From positions 1-48,700 of the forward strand of contig MU619412.1 in NCBI GenBank assembly GCA_025201805.1: DNA of 48,700 nucleotides, written 5' to 3'. This document shows positions 36,338 through 48,700 of the stretch, piece by piece. The position numbers were made by a program, and so were the translations under genes. Each line of letters begins with the position of its first letter. Position 1 is the stretch's first letter. Below the pieces are notes generated by a model. It searched no databases and was not told the origin of the DNA. It worked only from the letters and a program-made list of their open reading frames with translations. Source of the DNA: Parasitella parasitica NRRL 2501. Taxonomy: Eukaryota > Fungi > Mucoromycota.

Positions 36338-39300
36338 AATGAAAAGGAAAGTGATTTAATAAAAGGAATATAGAAAAAAAGATGTAATAATTTGTTCCCT
36401 GTTTGTATTTAAGAAGAAAAAGAAGGAGTAGGCTTAATTTATTTTAAGGGGGGCGAGAGTGGGTGAGTGAGGCAGGTTGGGTGACAAAACACAGAAAAAA
36501 AAGGACGAGGGGATGTTGTGAGGAAATCAAAAAGGACTGGAGAGTTGAAAAGAATGGATCATCAACTGGGACGGAAGAGGAGATGTTGTCTTAAACTATA
36601 TAACGTATAAAAAAAAAGAGGGAAAAGAAAGAGAGAAGAGGAGGTATAGGGGCTTTTTTTTTTAGACATACTACTATCGAATCCTTCCTTCTCCAACTCT
36701 TTCATTAAATCGAATTTGTGAGCGGAGACACTATGCTATATTGGTTTTTGCCAAATCAAGATTTTTTTGAGCACACAAGAATTGCACTTCTCTTGTCAGA
36801 TAGAAATAGAATCATTGAAGCCGCTTAAAAAATGATATTTATAAATTTGCAGTCTGGCATATACGTTATATGACATCAGCTTATGCTACTAATGATAGTT
36901 TGTAGATGCTTTATATGATGTGCATTCAGTTTACCATAACCAGCATGCAGCACAAGCACAAATACAGATTCTTGGTTAAGCGTAAGAGAGATATGTTTGC
37001 AGCAGCAAAAGATCGATTGAAATGCAATTTCCTCTAATGTTTATAGATATTTAGAGAATCTTTTAAATAAATAAAAAAAACACTCTTTACCATGCTATTG
37101 CAAGGCTTAAAATACCTGGAAGCATGTATTGCTTTTAAATACACTTTTTCTCTCTCTAGATACATGCTTTTTTTTTGTTCGAAGCTGTTTGGCTATCCTT
37201 GTGTTTTGCTCTTCCGAAAGCTTTGAGTCGTAAACGCAACCAAATTATATGAAACCTGTATTGGTACATGCATAAGCACGTGCATTGAGAAGCTTGTTGT
37301 AAAGTTATTTTGCAAACAAAAGTTAGAATATGGATAGCAAGAGGTTGGTTAGTTGACTTTATTTAATTCAGCGTTAAAAAATGAATCACATTTTAAAAAT
37401 CATGAAATGACAGAAGGGTGATAGTTATAAAATAGCAAAAAAATTGAAGATGTTAGGGTAATGATCCCTCAACAAGTCTTCCACAGACTTGTAAAGCATT
37501 TCTAGTTCTTGTTTCCACAGATAATTGGCATTGAAGAGAAAGCTGAAGCTGCCTGACTCTGGCTGATTATTATGCTGTGTAACTAGATTAAATCTAATGC
37601 ATCTTATAGCGATGAGTATACATTAGTAGAGATCATGTTATTTCCAACTTCAAATCATTTGTTGTTGTATACGACTAAACATATGTCTTGTTTACAGAGC
37701 GAAACACGTTTTCGTCTCAGAGAATCCACTTTCTTTGAACATCTCAAATGGGCATTTACTTGAGAAGTTGATATAGTCATTGGATCATGAGATTGAGGTC
37801 TAGAAATGTATATATAAATCGCCATCATCCAGAGTCCTACGATATCTTTTTAAAATGTCGCATATATGTACATTACATTGATATGTAGCAAACTGGCTCG
37901 GCTGCCTGCTGGTACTTCAAATGATCAGCAATAAGCTTATACATAATTTGCCGGCTTGTGCATCACTTCTTGTAATACTGACTTTCTGCGGGCAGAAAAG
38001 ACGCAATATCTCAGTGGATTATCTTGAATAAAGTGATATACACGTATATCACATTTTATGTAACAGTGTCCATTCAAATATAATAGTGTACGACACAAAC
38101 TGTGTATAATAAAGTCTGATTTCATTGTCTTTGCGCTCCATTTATGACAACAATGAATTTAAATACTGCGATATTGTTATTAATCGACTTGCATCAAGTT
38201 GGCTTATACATACATGTATATATTGACACGTCTTAAGGGGGTATTCTGACCGTAGCAAGATGGAATCTATTGACGATTGCTTTAGTGATATGAGGAAAGC
38301 CTCATTATTGAATGTTATAAATATTAATTTTTTTTTGTTTATCGTAGATGTTATCATTGTAAACTTGTTGAGCGTAAAATAGATTGGTGTGTGGCTCAGA
38401 TACAGATGAGCCTCTTGCAATGAGAGTCGGCGTCTGTAAAGCGAAGCATAAGAAGCGTGTTGCCGTACTTTAGTTTGCAATCAAACGCCTCATGACCCTT
38501 TCAACAATGAGCGAAGGAGCAACTTACAAGGACGAAACAAAATTTTAAATTAAGTAACCAGTTACACATACACAAAAAACCATAATTTTTCTTCACCATT
38601 CAGCTCTCAATCTAGTGGGTCAAAAGAAGACACAAAATGTAGAGCTTTCCGTAAGTACTATTCGCCATTTGGTGACAAAACATGCCCAGTGGATGATTTC
38701 GCAGAGCTACAGATGCACCATTTTACTATTTGCGTTGAAAAATGATGAAGTATGAGGCCATTGCTTTAAAGCTGAACTCTGTATATGAGTTCATATATCG
38801 TCAACCAAGTAAAAATGTCTTGAAACAATCTGCTCACCTTATAAAAGCAAACCTCAAACATATTCTACGCATATAGACCATGTACACCAAAAATTTGAGC
38901 AACTTGATTCTTTTCTCCACCATTCTCTATAAAGTTGCCAAGACAAGCGCCTATCAAGAGTGGGTCAACGGTGCCCACGAATGACCATTTTTACGTTGCC
39001 AAACAATTGTTTAAAAGTCAAAAAATGTAACAACTGATGCCATTGCTCGAATCAATATAAAAATTAGTATTATATTAAGACGTGAAGAAACAAAAATGAT
39101 AGCTTTAGCTGTTCTTTTTAGAATTGGAGCAACTAGAATTCATTCAGATTCCATAGGACGAGACTTTTGATCTCTTTATCTAGTTTCCGGGCGGATAAAA
39201 AATGAACTTTACAAAGGATCAGGCTGCTCGCGATGAAGAAGGGATTGGCAGGGAGTCTTTAAATTCATCGAGTTTACCAACTCATACACAGGGCATTTTA

Positions 39301-39725
39301 TTCGATTCCATGGCAAGTTATCTTGCCGTTTGCATGTAGGACATGAAGCTACATTTTGAGATAGCCCTATCATCCAAAGAACACATACTTCAATGAAACT
39401 AACTACCCATCCTCACTGCCCACAGATTTCTTTACCTAAACGTATTTACTTTTCATTGATGGTACCAACGACATACATAAGGTTTAACATGTTATTCTTT
39501 AGTGTATATTTGATTATTTAGCTATCGATAAATATTCATATTTTGTCCTAAACAGATTTACACAATACAGTTGATCAGCCTTAACTCTACTCTATGTACC
39601 AACGGTTCTGTGGCAGGGCTAAAATAAGTGACTAATGAAAGTGGGCGGTAGTAAGCACAATGGACAATCTTTTATTGTACTACAATCGCCACTTGTTTAC
39701 TTCTTTTTCTACAACCTTTCACGAA

Positions 39726-42049
39726 ATGTCACATCAAAATCAGCTAGAAACAATCAATCAAGAGATTGAGACCATAGATGCCTCTATTGCTATCTTGAAA
39801 TCAGATAAGCAAGATCTAATTCAAAGACGAAACGAACTACTAGACACAATGGCCCAAAACGCCATCCAGTCTAATCAAGAGCAAGAATCCAAACAATACC
39901 AGTCTACAAACTTTCCATGGTCTGCAAAACTGGCAGCATTTGCCAATTCCTATTTCAAAATCTCTTCATTTCGAAGCCTGCAGTTCCCCATTCTTAATGC
40001 TGCATTAGACCAGAAGCGCGACTTGTTTGTGGTTTTGCCAACTGGCGGTGGGAAATCGTTATGCTACCAACTGCCTGCATTGCTAGAAGACGGATTCACG
40101 CTTGTCATCTCACCTCTAGTATCATTGATTAAAGATCAAGTGTACCATTTGCAAGAAGCAAATATACCTGCTGCTTATCTAACTGGATCATCGACGAAAG
40201 AACAAGTAAACACTGTTCAGGACGGAATGGCGCCCAAGAACCACCAAACTACGCCATTCAAATTGTTGTATGTGACACCAGAAAAGATCGCCAGAAGCAA
40301 ACGATTCATGGCAAGGCTCAACAAGGCTTATGATGCTGGCATGCTTACAAGGATTGTGGTTGATGAAGCTCACTGCTGCTCGCAGCAAGGTCATGACTTT
40401 AGGTATGGTTTTGCCACAAGTCTATATTGCTGAATTAACGATTTTTTATGACTCTGTCTTATATACGCAGGCCTGATTACAAGCAACTGAACATACTAAG
40501 AGTAAAATCAAAAAATGGCAACAGCACATATGATTGAATGCATTAACCAATCAGACTATAGACAGTATTTCCAAAGACGAAAATCATGGCATTAACAGCT
40601 ACATGTCCATGGTCCGTAATGAAGGATGTAATGAGAATATTGAACATGAAACAACCACAAGTACAAAACGGTACTCTTGTATTCAGTGCTCCACTTTATA
40701 GTAATGTGTTTTGCCTGGATGTTTGGCGCCCACCTTTATTTATTGTGCTTGTTATTAACAGGGCCAAACCTTGTGTACAGTGTGGTACAACGACCGGATT
40801 CAGCGGATGCAACGATCCGACATATTACAGCCTGGATTCTAGAGAATTACAGAGGAGAATCTGGCATCATTTATTGCCTGAGCAAGAAGGATACCGAGGT
40901 GGTTGCGCAGAAAATCTTTAGCGAGAGTAAAAGGCAGATTAAATGTGGCACCTATCATGCAGACATGGACGAAGAAGACAAGGAATTGGTACACCAAAAC
41001 TGGAGAAGCGGCTCAGTCCAAGTGATTATTGCTACTATTGCATTTGGCATGGGCATCAACCATTTGCAGACACGTTTCATTATACACCACTGTATGTCAA
41101 AATCCATTGAGGGCTATTACCAAGAAAGCGGCAGAGCAGGACGTGATGGCGAAAAGGCACAATGTATAATCTACTATCGTGGTACAGATGGTAAAACATA
41201 CACACTCGTGAAAAAACAGAGACGCTTGTACTAACCTTGTTTGTAGCTATGCGATTAGCTTCACTTGTAGTTGGGGAAGTGAGTGGACAGACAGGATGTA
41301 AGTGTCAATATGAACTTTATTGGGGTATATCAACTCATGATCTTTTTACACAGTGTTTGAAATGGTCAAATATGCTCAAGAGTACCAGACATGCCGCAAA
41401 ATACTATTCGAAAAGTATTTTTCATTGGATTCTTCGTCGTCTTCGGACGATGGGCTGGTAAATAGAATTACACCTGATAAGCCTTGTGGCGTTTGCGATA
41501 ATTGTACAAGACCCAGAGACCAGATTGTAATCGAGGATATTCGCACAGTTGCTGAATCCGTTATTCGATTATGCACCCTGTTAAAAAAATACAAGGAAAG
41601 AGTGACAATGCCTAAATTGGTTCAAATGTTGCTGGGAAGAGGATTGGGTATTATCAAGTCTCGTGTCATGGAAGATACAAAGATACAAGTGCCAATTAGT
41701 AAATTTAAGGAATATGTGCGTAGTGGCATTTTGACTTGACGACGTAGTAACTCTTATCAGGCTGTTAGGATATCGAGCGCATTATCAATCATTTACTCGC
41801 AGAGGGCTATTTGGATCAAGACTTTCTAGTTACAGCTTATACTACAATCACGTAAATGATAAAATACCGCCATGCTGTATACAGTATTAATCCACATTCA
41901 ATAGATACATTATTGTTGGTCCGCTGGGTGCTGATATGCTTGATGGTCAAAATATGGCCGTTGAACTAAGCTTTCTCAAGACCACAATGCCGCTACCTAA
42001 AAAACGTAAAGTTGCTGCTTCTTTCCAAGCTATCGATTTGAGCAACTAA
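39726..42049 (+). CDS. RecQ-family DNA helicase, RECQ1/RECQL-like (multi-exon)
   Basis: N-terminal coiled coil + FPWS, PTGGGKSLCYQLPA, YVTPEKIA, DEAHCCSQQGHDFRPDY, ALTAT, ATIAFGMGI, YYQESGRAGRDG, Zn-binding CR...CGVCDNC, winged-helix TAYTTITYI; no HRDC. Confidence 0.93.
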
Positions 42050-42317
42050 ATAAACAAAGACACAGTGTCTTTTGAACATTTGTGAAACACTTTGCCTTCC
42101 CCAACAGTTTTTAAACCCGGAGTCAGCAGATAAATGGAAAGAGAATGCCATTATAATTATACAATTATACACACATACACACACAAAAAAAAAAAGGGGG
42201 GGAGGGGAGGAGAGAGGAGGAGGACTAGCATAAATAAAAGCTGATCATTTCCGACTGATGTACCTTTCTTTCTTTTTTTCCTCATCCTTATAATAATTCC
42301 TCTCGTTCTTTTGCATA

Positions 42318-43925
42318 ATGCTTGCTTCTGATTTCAATACGAACAAATTGAGACCTAGACTTAAGGTTGTTTCAACAACAACGTACTCTCAATCCACACC
42401 CACTGCACATCTATATCAGCAAGACCACGCTGATCCACCCTATTCTCCTACTGAGTCATCGACTTCTTTTATATCTTCCATTTCTGGCATAGCTGAGAAA
42501 TCAGCATTAGAACTAGGCTCATTGCTCAGAAATGCATATAAATCACTCAGAGAAAAAGAGAAGAGTAAGTCCACTCCCAATAGAGCAACCCATTAAAATA
42601 GTCCACTCATTAGCATACATACAGATTTGTTGTTGGCTGCAGAAATTGGAAAATCGCTGCTTGAGCATAATCAAAGTCTAAAATCAGATTACGACAAATT
42701 ACTACAGAACGCAAAGAACTGTCAGTTTGAAACTAGAAACGACCAAGAATATGAAAACACTATGCGACTTATATCTAGTAAAAAAGCGTATGATACCATC
42801 ATTGAATCACTTGAACGCAAAAACCAAGATCTCGAACAGATGCTGGAGCAGACTCAGCATAATTCAGAGCTGACTATTCAAAATAACCTGCAGAAACAAC
42901 GGAAATTAGAAGCAGAAATCGAAATCCTGCAAAATAACCTGGATATTGCTGCACAAAAAGTGGTAGAATTGGAGGACAGTAGACAGTATCAGCAGGAAAG
43001 AGCAAGGCAATTAGACGAAAAGAGAGATTTTCAGCAGAGACAGACAGAGGATTTGGAATTATTGCATGAACTCACCGTCAAAATGGAGGAGCTATGCATT
43101 GAAAACAAGCATCTGCAATTGTCTAAAAAGGCCGTTGAAGAAAAGCTGATTATCTCGCTGAGGGACTTGGACTCCCTTCGTCACGATTTTGAGAATTTTG
43201 AGTTGACAAACCAATGCTACGAGCAATTACAAGAAGCATTTGAAAGACAATCGGCGCACATCAAAGAGCTCAACAATAGCTTAGAAGATCACAGACTAGT
43301 ACTATCAAGATTACGGGACAAAGGAGTGTGGTCTCCTGAGCAATCAAATGCACCAAGTGTGTCTGCTGGTCCTAACTCTGTCATCTCTGCAACGTGTGTT
43401 TCGAAACAGAGCCTTATGGGTGAATTAGAAAATGCTTGGTCCAAGAACTGCTTGATCAAAAGCAAGTCAGATACCAATTTATCTAGTCTCTCAAACAAGC
43501 TGTTTGATCTAGCCAACTTGACAGAACGCAATCTCACTTCATTCTATACCGCTCCAGCCGATTATGCTCTCGATACCATTCTCTCCACCATGGGTATTGA
43601 TGATCGCAGCACACTCGATGAAGCCGAACAATTTTTAGCCTCTAATTGCAGCGATGAACTCTTTGGACCTGAAGGCAACATCAATATTTACAAGGAAGTT
43701 GATTTATACCCTAGTTATCGTTCTTTACCTACACTTTCAGCAACAGCAAATACAACACAATATAAGGATCAACCAAAAGGCCTCATCAATCACATCATGT
43801 TTCAAATTCGTTATTTGTTTCATTCAATATTTCGTTGGTGTCGATTTGCGATCATTTTAACAACTGCCATCTTTATAAATCTGTGGAAAGGCCCAGATTT
43901 ACTCTTAGAGAAACAATATTGCTAG
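42318..43925 (+). CDS. Long coiled-coil protein with HAP1_N/CC1-box-like motif and C-terminal hydrophobic anchor, 2 exons
   Basis: Intron 42565-42624 joins LREKEK|NLLLAAEIGKSLLEHN; ~200 aa of heptad-rich sequence; C-terminal FRWCRFAIILTTAIFINLW. Confidence 0.8.
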
Positions 43926-46289
43926 CACAATTCTATAAAACCACTTTTCTATCCTTCTTGCATTGTTAGCAGAAGCAGAGTTTTCGTTATCACGAACTAA
44001 TGTATCCATATGCATATATATTTTTGTTTTTGTTTATTCCTTTTATCGCTCACTTTTACCCCTCACTCTCGAAATATCACGAACACATAACCTACAGAAT
44101 CTGTAATTTTATATGACATACATAATAAAATAGGTTGGTAAAAGTAACTAATGTCCAGTGCTTTTTAGAACTATTATGATAAAAATTTATGCATTTTCAC
44201 AGGAGTAAGATTATACACTTATTACGTGCTTGATGTCGTGTAACATCTAAAACAAAAGGATATGATGGGATATCACAAAGGTAGATCATTATAACAATAG
44301 AGTGGGCTTATACCTCTTTATGGTATTAACTAAAAAGTACGTACCTAATAAAAATACAAAAAGAAGATGAAGAGCAGCATACATAACATGTGCATTACAA
44401 TTTAGCTGCTGGTATATTTTTAGTGAAAGCAGTAGTGGTATTGTTTACAACACGTAATCTTATGTGGAACAAACACCGCCTAATTGTGATATTCTAACTC
44501 GTAATGCACATATACATACATTGCGTTTTTATGAACAAGCATTCAGCAATGACTCCTTGAAGAAGTCAATAATAATAATAATAAAAAAAGGCCAGTGCTG
44601 ATTAGTGTAGTTTACGCTATATTAATGAAAACATTCCACATCTATTTTTAAATTCATGGTAATTCAGTATTTTACCAAGTGCATCTACTTATCATGATAA
44701 ATGGGCGCAGCCATTTTTGGCTAACAGCTCCAAAACAAATCATATGTTTGCTTTTAATACATTTACTGTATATCAGACATCTTTATTGTATCATTTTCAC
44801 AGAGTTTATTTAACTGCATTAAATCTATTTACGAATATATTTAAATATAACATGTGCCTAGTTCCGCATACTGATTTTTCGAGCCATGATAGTTGGTAAC
44901 CATTATCAACATTCTTTGTTGAAAATCAGATGGAGTATGGTCAAAAATGAATTATGTATCTTTAGTCATCAATATTAGGAATTTACTGCCGAGATCTTTC
45001 CAAAAAAAAAAAAAAAAAAAAAAAGACTGATTTCTTAGCACATGAGTCAAGGTTAAATAGCAGATCTCACCAGTAATAATCTTTCCACAAGAGTTGGTAC
45101 CTCATGTCTGCTTATCAAGCTAGAATTTAACAAGCTAGAGATGAGTTTCTCCCTCCTCACTAGCTCATTACCAATGGAAGTATTTAAATAGATATGGAGT
45201 TATCAAATACGAGATGATACTTAATCTGAGGAAGACAAAACTCGATTTATTCAGTTTTCAACTTTGGGACAACCTTCAAGGTCATTTTTAGGTGCAAATT
45301 ATGGGGTCCATGCCAAGTATAAATCCTAATCCTAATATCTGTATCTCACCACATTTTCCAATTCTCGATATTTATCTTTTTTGTCGAGATATTGCCAAAA
45401 CAAAATTTATTTTGCTGATTTTATAGCATATGGTTCTATACCAAGTGTGAAATACATTCACTATTATGAAATGCATTCCACTTCTAGATTTATCGAGTTA
45501 CCTTAAATTGATGTAGACTACCTATGTGTAGAGTTAATAAGATGTGCAATAGATTTATACTGCATAAGATATAGGGTAGAGATGGCGCCATTAGGATGGA
45601 TGATGACGCTACAGACTTATACTTATATCTCGACACGAGACTTAGATAAATGCTACGAGCTTATGGCATATGAGCTCTATGCTTCAGATGTGTATTCGCA
45701 GTTTCCAAATACACACTACAAATCTAATCTTTATATTAATGTTACTAGCTCCAGAAGATACATTATGGACTACAGATTTTTACAATATGTGTAAATCTAT
45801 AAATATGCTCATAACATGCTACGGGCATGCTACATAAACAGATATATGCTAAGATGAATATCAAGTGATAGACATTTAGATATGTACTAATAATATAGTC
45901 CAAATAAGACCATACTAGAAATGATATAATCTTTTTATGAAAGATTATTCAGGGTACCTCGGGTAAAGCTTATCTACTCACTCAGACGGGTATAAGTTAT
46001 CTTTAGTCTTCTGAGATGTAGTTTAGCACAAAATTAACGATGCTAATCAATCCGAATTGTCTTACACTTTAAATTAAGAGACTAGAACATCTATGCATGG
46101 CATAGGTTATAAAGGTTCATCTACATGGCAAATAAATAAACTAACAATTTATAAGCCTGTGAACTTAATAATAAAACCGATACCTTTATTCAGTTGACAT
46201 TTTTTGTTTTTTATTTAATTTTTTCAGTCAATCTATATCGCATATTACACCCATTCCACAATATCATCTAATAACTCTTTAGAAATCTA

Positions 46290-46720
46290 CGAAAACACGA
46301 AAGCCAATGTTGTTGCCAGATAGCGCCAAGTCAACGCCAAGTTTTCCAACTTAGATCATGGTTCTATGGTCATTTTAGCAAAAGTTATGAGCAAATAACT
46401 TATATTCATGATAAATATTGAAAAATAAAACTGTTTTTGCACATAACTTTTGATAGACGCATTGCCCAAAGGAAATCAAGTTATGCTCAGATAGCGATGA
46501 TCATGCCTGATTTGATGGCGCATAAGTCAGGCTTTGATTTGCTCTTTATCGTAGCCTACCAGCGATTATATGCAATTCTCATATGTAAATATGTGTGAAA
46601 TTACTAGTAAAAAATATATAAAAAATACTTTTTAGAACAGTTATTTATTTTTTAGATGAAGCTCATCATCAAAATGTCAATTAAAAACTATCTTTTTATA
46701 CTAGTTTTCCAAGGGTAAAT
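46290..46720. mobile_element. Possible DNA transposon subterminal/MITE remnant
   Basis: Recurrent AAGTTATG / CATAACTT motifs in both orientations in non-coding DNA; ends not defined. Confidence 0.25.
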
Positions 46721-47814
46721 GATTATGGATGTTATATCAATAACATGGCAAGGTCTCACATCAGGATCTCAGATCAGTCCCAGGGTCTTACAGTAAATCA
46801 TGGGTAGTCATGATTTACATTATGCAGCTAGACAGTAGAACCCTAGTGTAATAAATGTGTATATAATACATCGAGAGATGTATTATGAATAAAGGTGTAA
46901 TTCTTTGGCAGATTTATTTTATCAGACTTTTGACATAACAATGGATATGAACCTAAATTATATTGGATTATTCATCCAGGGCGTTTTGGCAGCAAGGATT
47001 GAGAAAGAGATAACCAATGGCGGATTTGACGAGTGTTGGAGTTGTTTCTATTTGTTCTTGATATTGGAATACGTCTTCTTAAATCCATGCTAGCCTGGTC
47101 TTGATGATTGTAATCTTTGTGGAATATTCTGGGGTAATTTGAAGTTCATATTCATACTTGAAGTGAACAAGACTAGATTCCCATCATAAAATATTGTCAT
47201 CTTCCCAACAATAGAAGCTATGACTACAAAGATAAACAAATATAGCAGGGATAGAAATCGACATATTATGTCAAAATAGCATGTTGTGCCACAAACTAAA
47301 GCCTGAAAAGGAACAATTCATCAAACAATGAAAGCTTCCTAATCGCATGAATAAGAATTATGTTTCAAATGCCGTCCTTGATCCATCGTTAGATCAACAA
47401 CGTCAATAAACAACTCAATAATATTCACACTCACGTAAGATTAGAATAGCTACGATAGAATTATCCTATTGACCTGATGAATGACCATCTCTAATCAACC
47501 CAACAAGTAGTATGATAGTATACTACTAAGCCAGAACGGCTGATTAGAATTCATAAAACAACATATAAAGAATAATGGAACGGTTAAGAAATAACAAAAT
47601 AATTGTCTGCTAGTAAGACGACACTCAAATAATATAAATAGAGATGTAAAATAACAGCTTATTACACATTCAATCTACTTTCAAAATAAAGAAGGATTTT
47701 AATCGTATCTTGCTTTTTTACACTTTTTTTACTGCGTTTCGCTGCAATACTATTTACGGAGATTCTTTTTATGTGATGATCAGTTTATACTGATCTATAA
47801 CAATATGTGATATC

Positions 47815-48048
47815 TGTTGTACCAGGTCTTAAAAATGAGCACAGCAGGTGATTGTATGTGATATAAAAACATAAGAATAATGTAATAAAGACTTAGTTTA
47901 CCAGATACAAAACTATTGATTTATTGATTGACAAGAAGCTGTCTATTTATATTAGAATAAATCTATCTAAATCAATCTATAAAATACAATCAGGTCATGT
48001 TTGACATTTAATTGTCAAACAAGATTATAACACAGTAGTAGTCAGAGC
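47815..48048 (+). repeat. LTR-like repeat family B, copy 2, with PBS-like tail
   Basis: TGTTGTACCAGG...TATAACA (to 48032), then CAGTAGTAGTCAGAGC; homologous to 1804-2033. Confidence 0.7.
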
Positions 48049-48211
48049 AAGACCTATTTCTATATTTAATCAGCTAATCGTCATGAATGTGAATCATTCA
48101 TCGATAAGTTGAGCTTCGCAATTTAGAATAAGTAGAACCCAAATAGATGGTTTCTTATACAAGACATTCTATTGAATACTTCTATTTACCAGATAGAATA
48201 ATCGATGCCAT

Positions 48212-48698
48212 TTAACCTTTTAGATCCGATCAGGAACGGTTGCCATGACAACTGAGTTGAAATAGTGGTAACCATGGTATTATATGGATACAACAATATC
48301 ATCTGATGAATTTACAGATGATATCAATAAAAAAACACGGTGATACACTATTTCCGGAAAATAATCGCTCACAAAAAAAAAAATTCGTTCGCGAAGCATT
48401 AAAGTGGCCTTCGGTTCAAGCAATCATCAAACTTACCGAGGGAGTAGCGACAGAAACCTTGAAGGTCACTGAGCAAAACGTTGTTGCACGCATCTCGGAT
48501 TCTTGATGTCAAGGTCTCTTCCTCTAACAGCTTCTCTCGCTTGAGTTTGCTTTTAGCCACTGACCAAAACTGTTCAATAGGGTTCAATTCAGGCGAGTAT
48601 GGAGGAAGGTATAAACTGTTGTATCCATAGAATACCATGGTTACCACTATTTCAACTCAGTTGTCATGGCAACCGTTCCTAATCGGATCTAAGGTTAA
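48212..48698. mobile_element. Foldback/non-autonomous element with ~85-bp near-perfect inverted repeats, TTAA at both ends
   Basis: 48210-48294 (ATTTAACCTTTTAGATCCGATCAGGAACGG...GGATACAACA) is the reverse complement of 48617-48700 apart from a few differences. Confidence 0.85.
48399..48625 (-). pseudogene. C-terminal fragment of a Tc1/mariner-IS630 (DDE_3) transposase
   Basis: YLPPYSPELNPIEQFWSVAKSKLKR...LTSRIRDACNNV...LQGFCRYS...FDDCLNRRPL*; the first two catalytic Asp and the HTH are absent. Confidence 0.9.
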
Positions 48699-48700
48699 AT

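Noticed and set aside
44000-47800. Short ORFs (44717, 45582, 46905) in an AT-rich region
   Set aside because: No recognisable motifs or codon bias; probably old TE debris or intergenic DNA.

Overview
AT-rich eukaryotic DNA with short GT-AG introns. The gene set and transposon families point to a Mucorales (Mucor/Rhizopus-like) fungus; this is inference. Host genes: GT15 KRE2/KTR mannosyltransferase, a five-repeat Myb protein, a CHERP-like CID/RS protein, ERG10 thiolase, an orphan 7-TM protein, short-form tRNase Z, SCS7, DPB2, FMP27/BLTP2, a Phx1/HOY1-like homeobox factor, a RECQ1-like helicase, and a coiled-coil tail-anchored protein with dynein-adaptor-like motifs. Mobile DNA sits in three blocks. 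Block 1 (1-2050) holds LINE-like ORF1 and 3' remnants plus two LTR-like repeats. Block 2 (28.7-33.0 kb) holds a decayed Fanzor/TnpB-like gene followed by a ~700-bp non-coding unit present twice with conserved hairpins, plus an LTR-like repeat. Block 3 (47.8-48.7 kb) holds an LTR-like repeat and a TTAA-flanked foldback element enclosing a Tc1/IS630 transposase C-terminus. The best leads are the Fanzor remnant with its duplicated 3' unit (candidate omega-RNA/right end), the candidate membrane-anchored dynein adaptor, and the Myb protein with a mitochondrial-presequence-like N-terminus. All assignments come from motif recognition by eye, with no database searches; exon borders are manual estimates.
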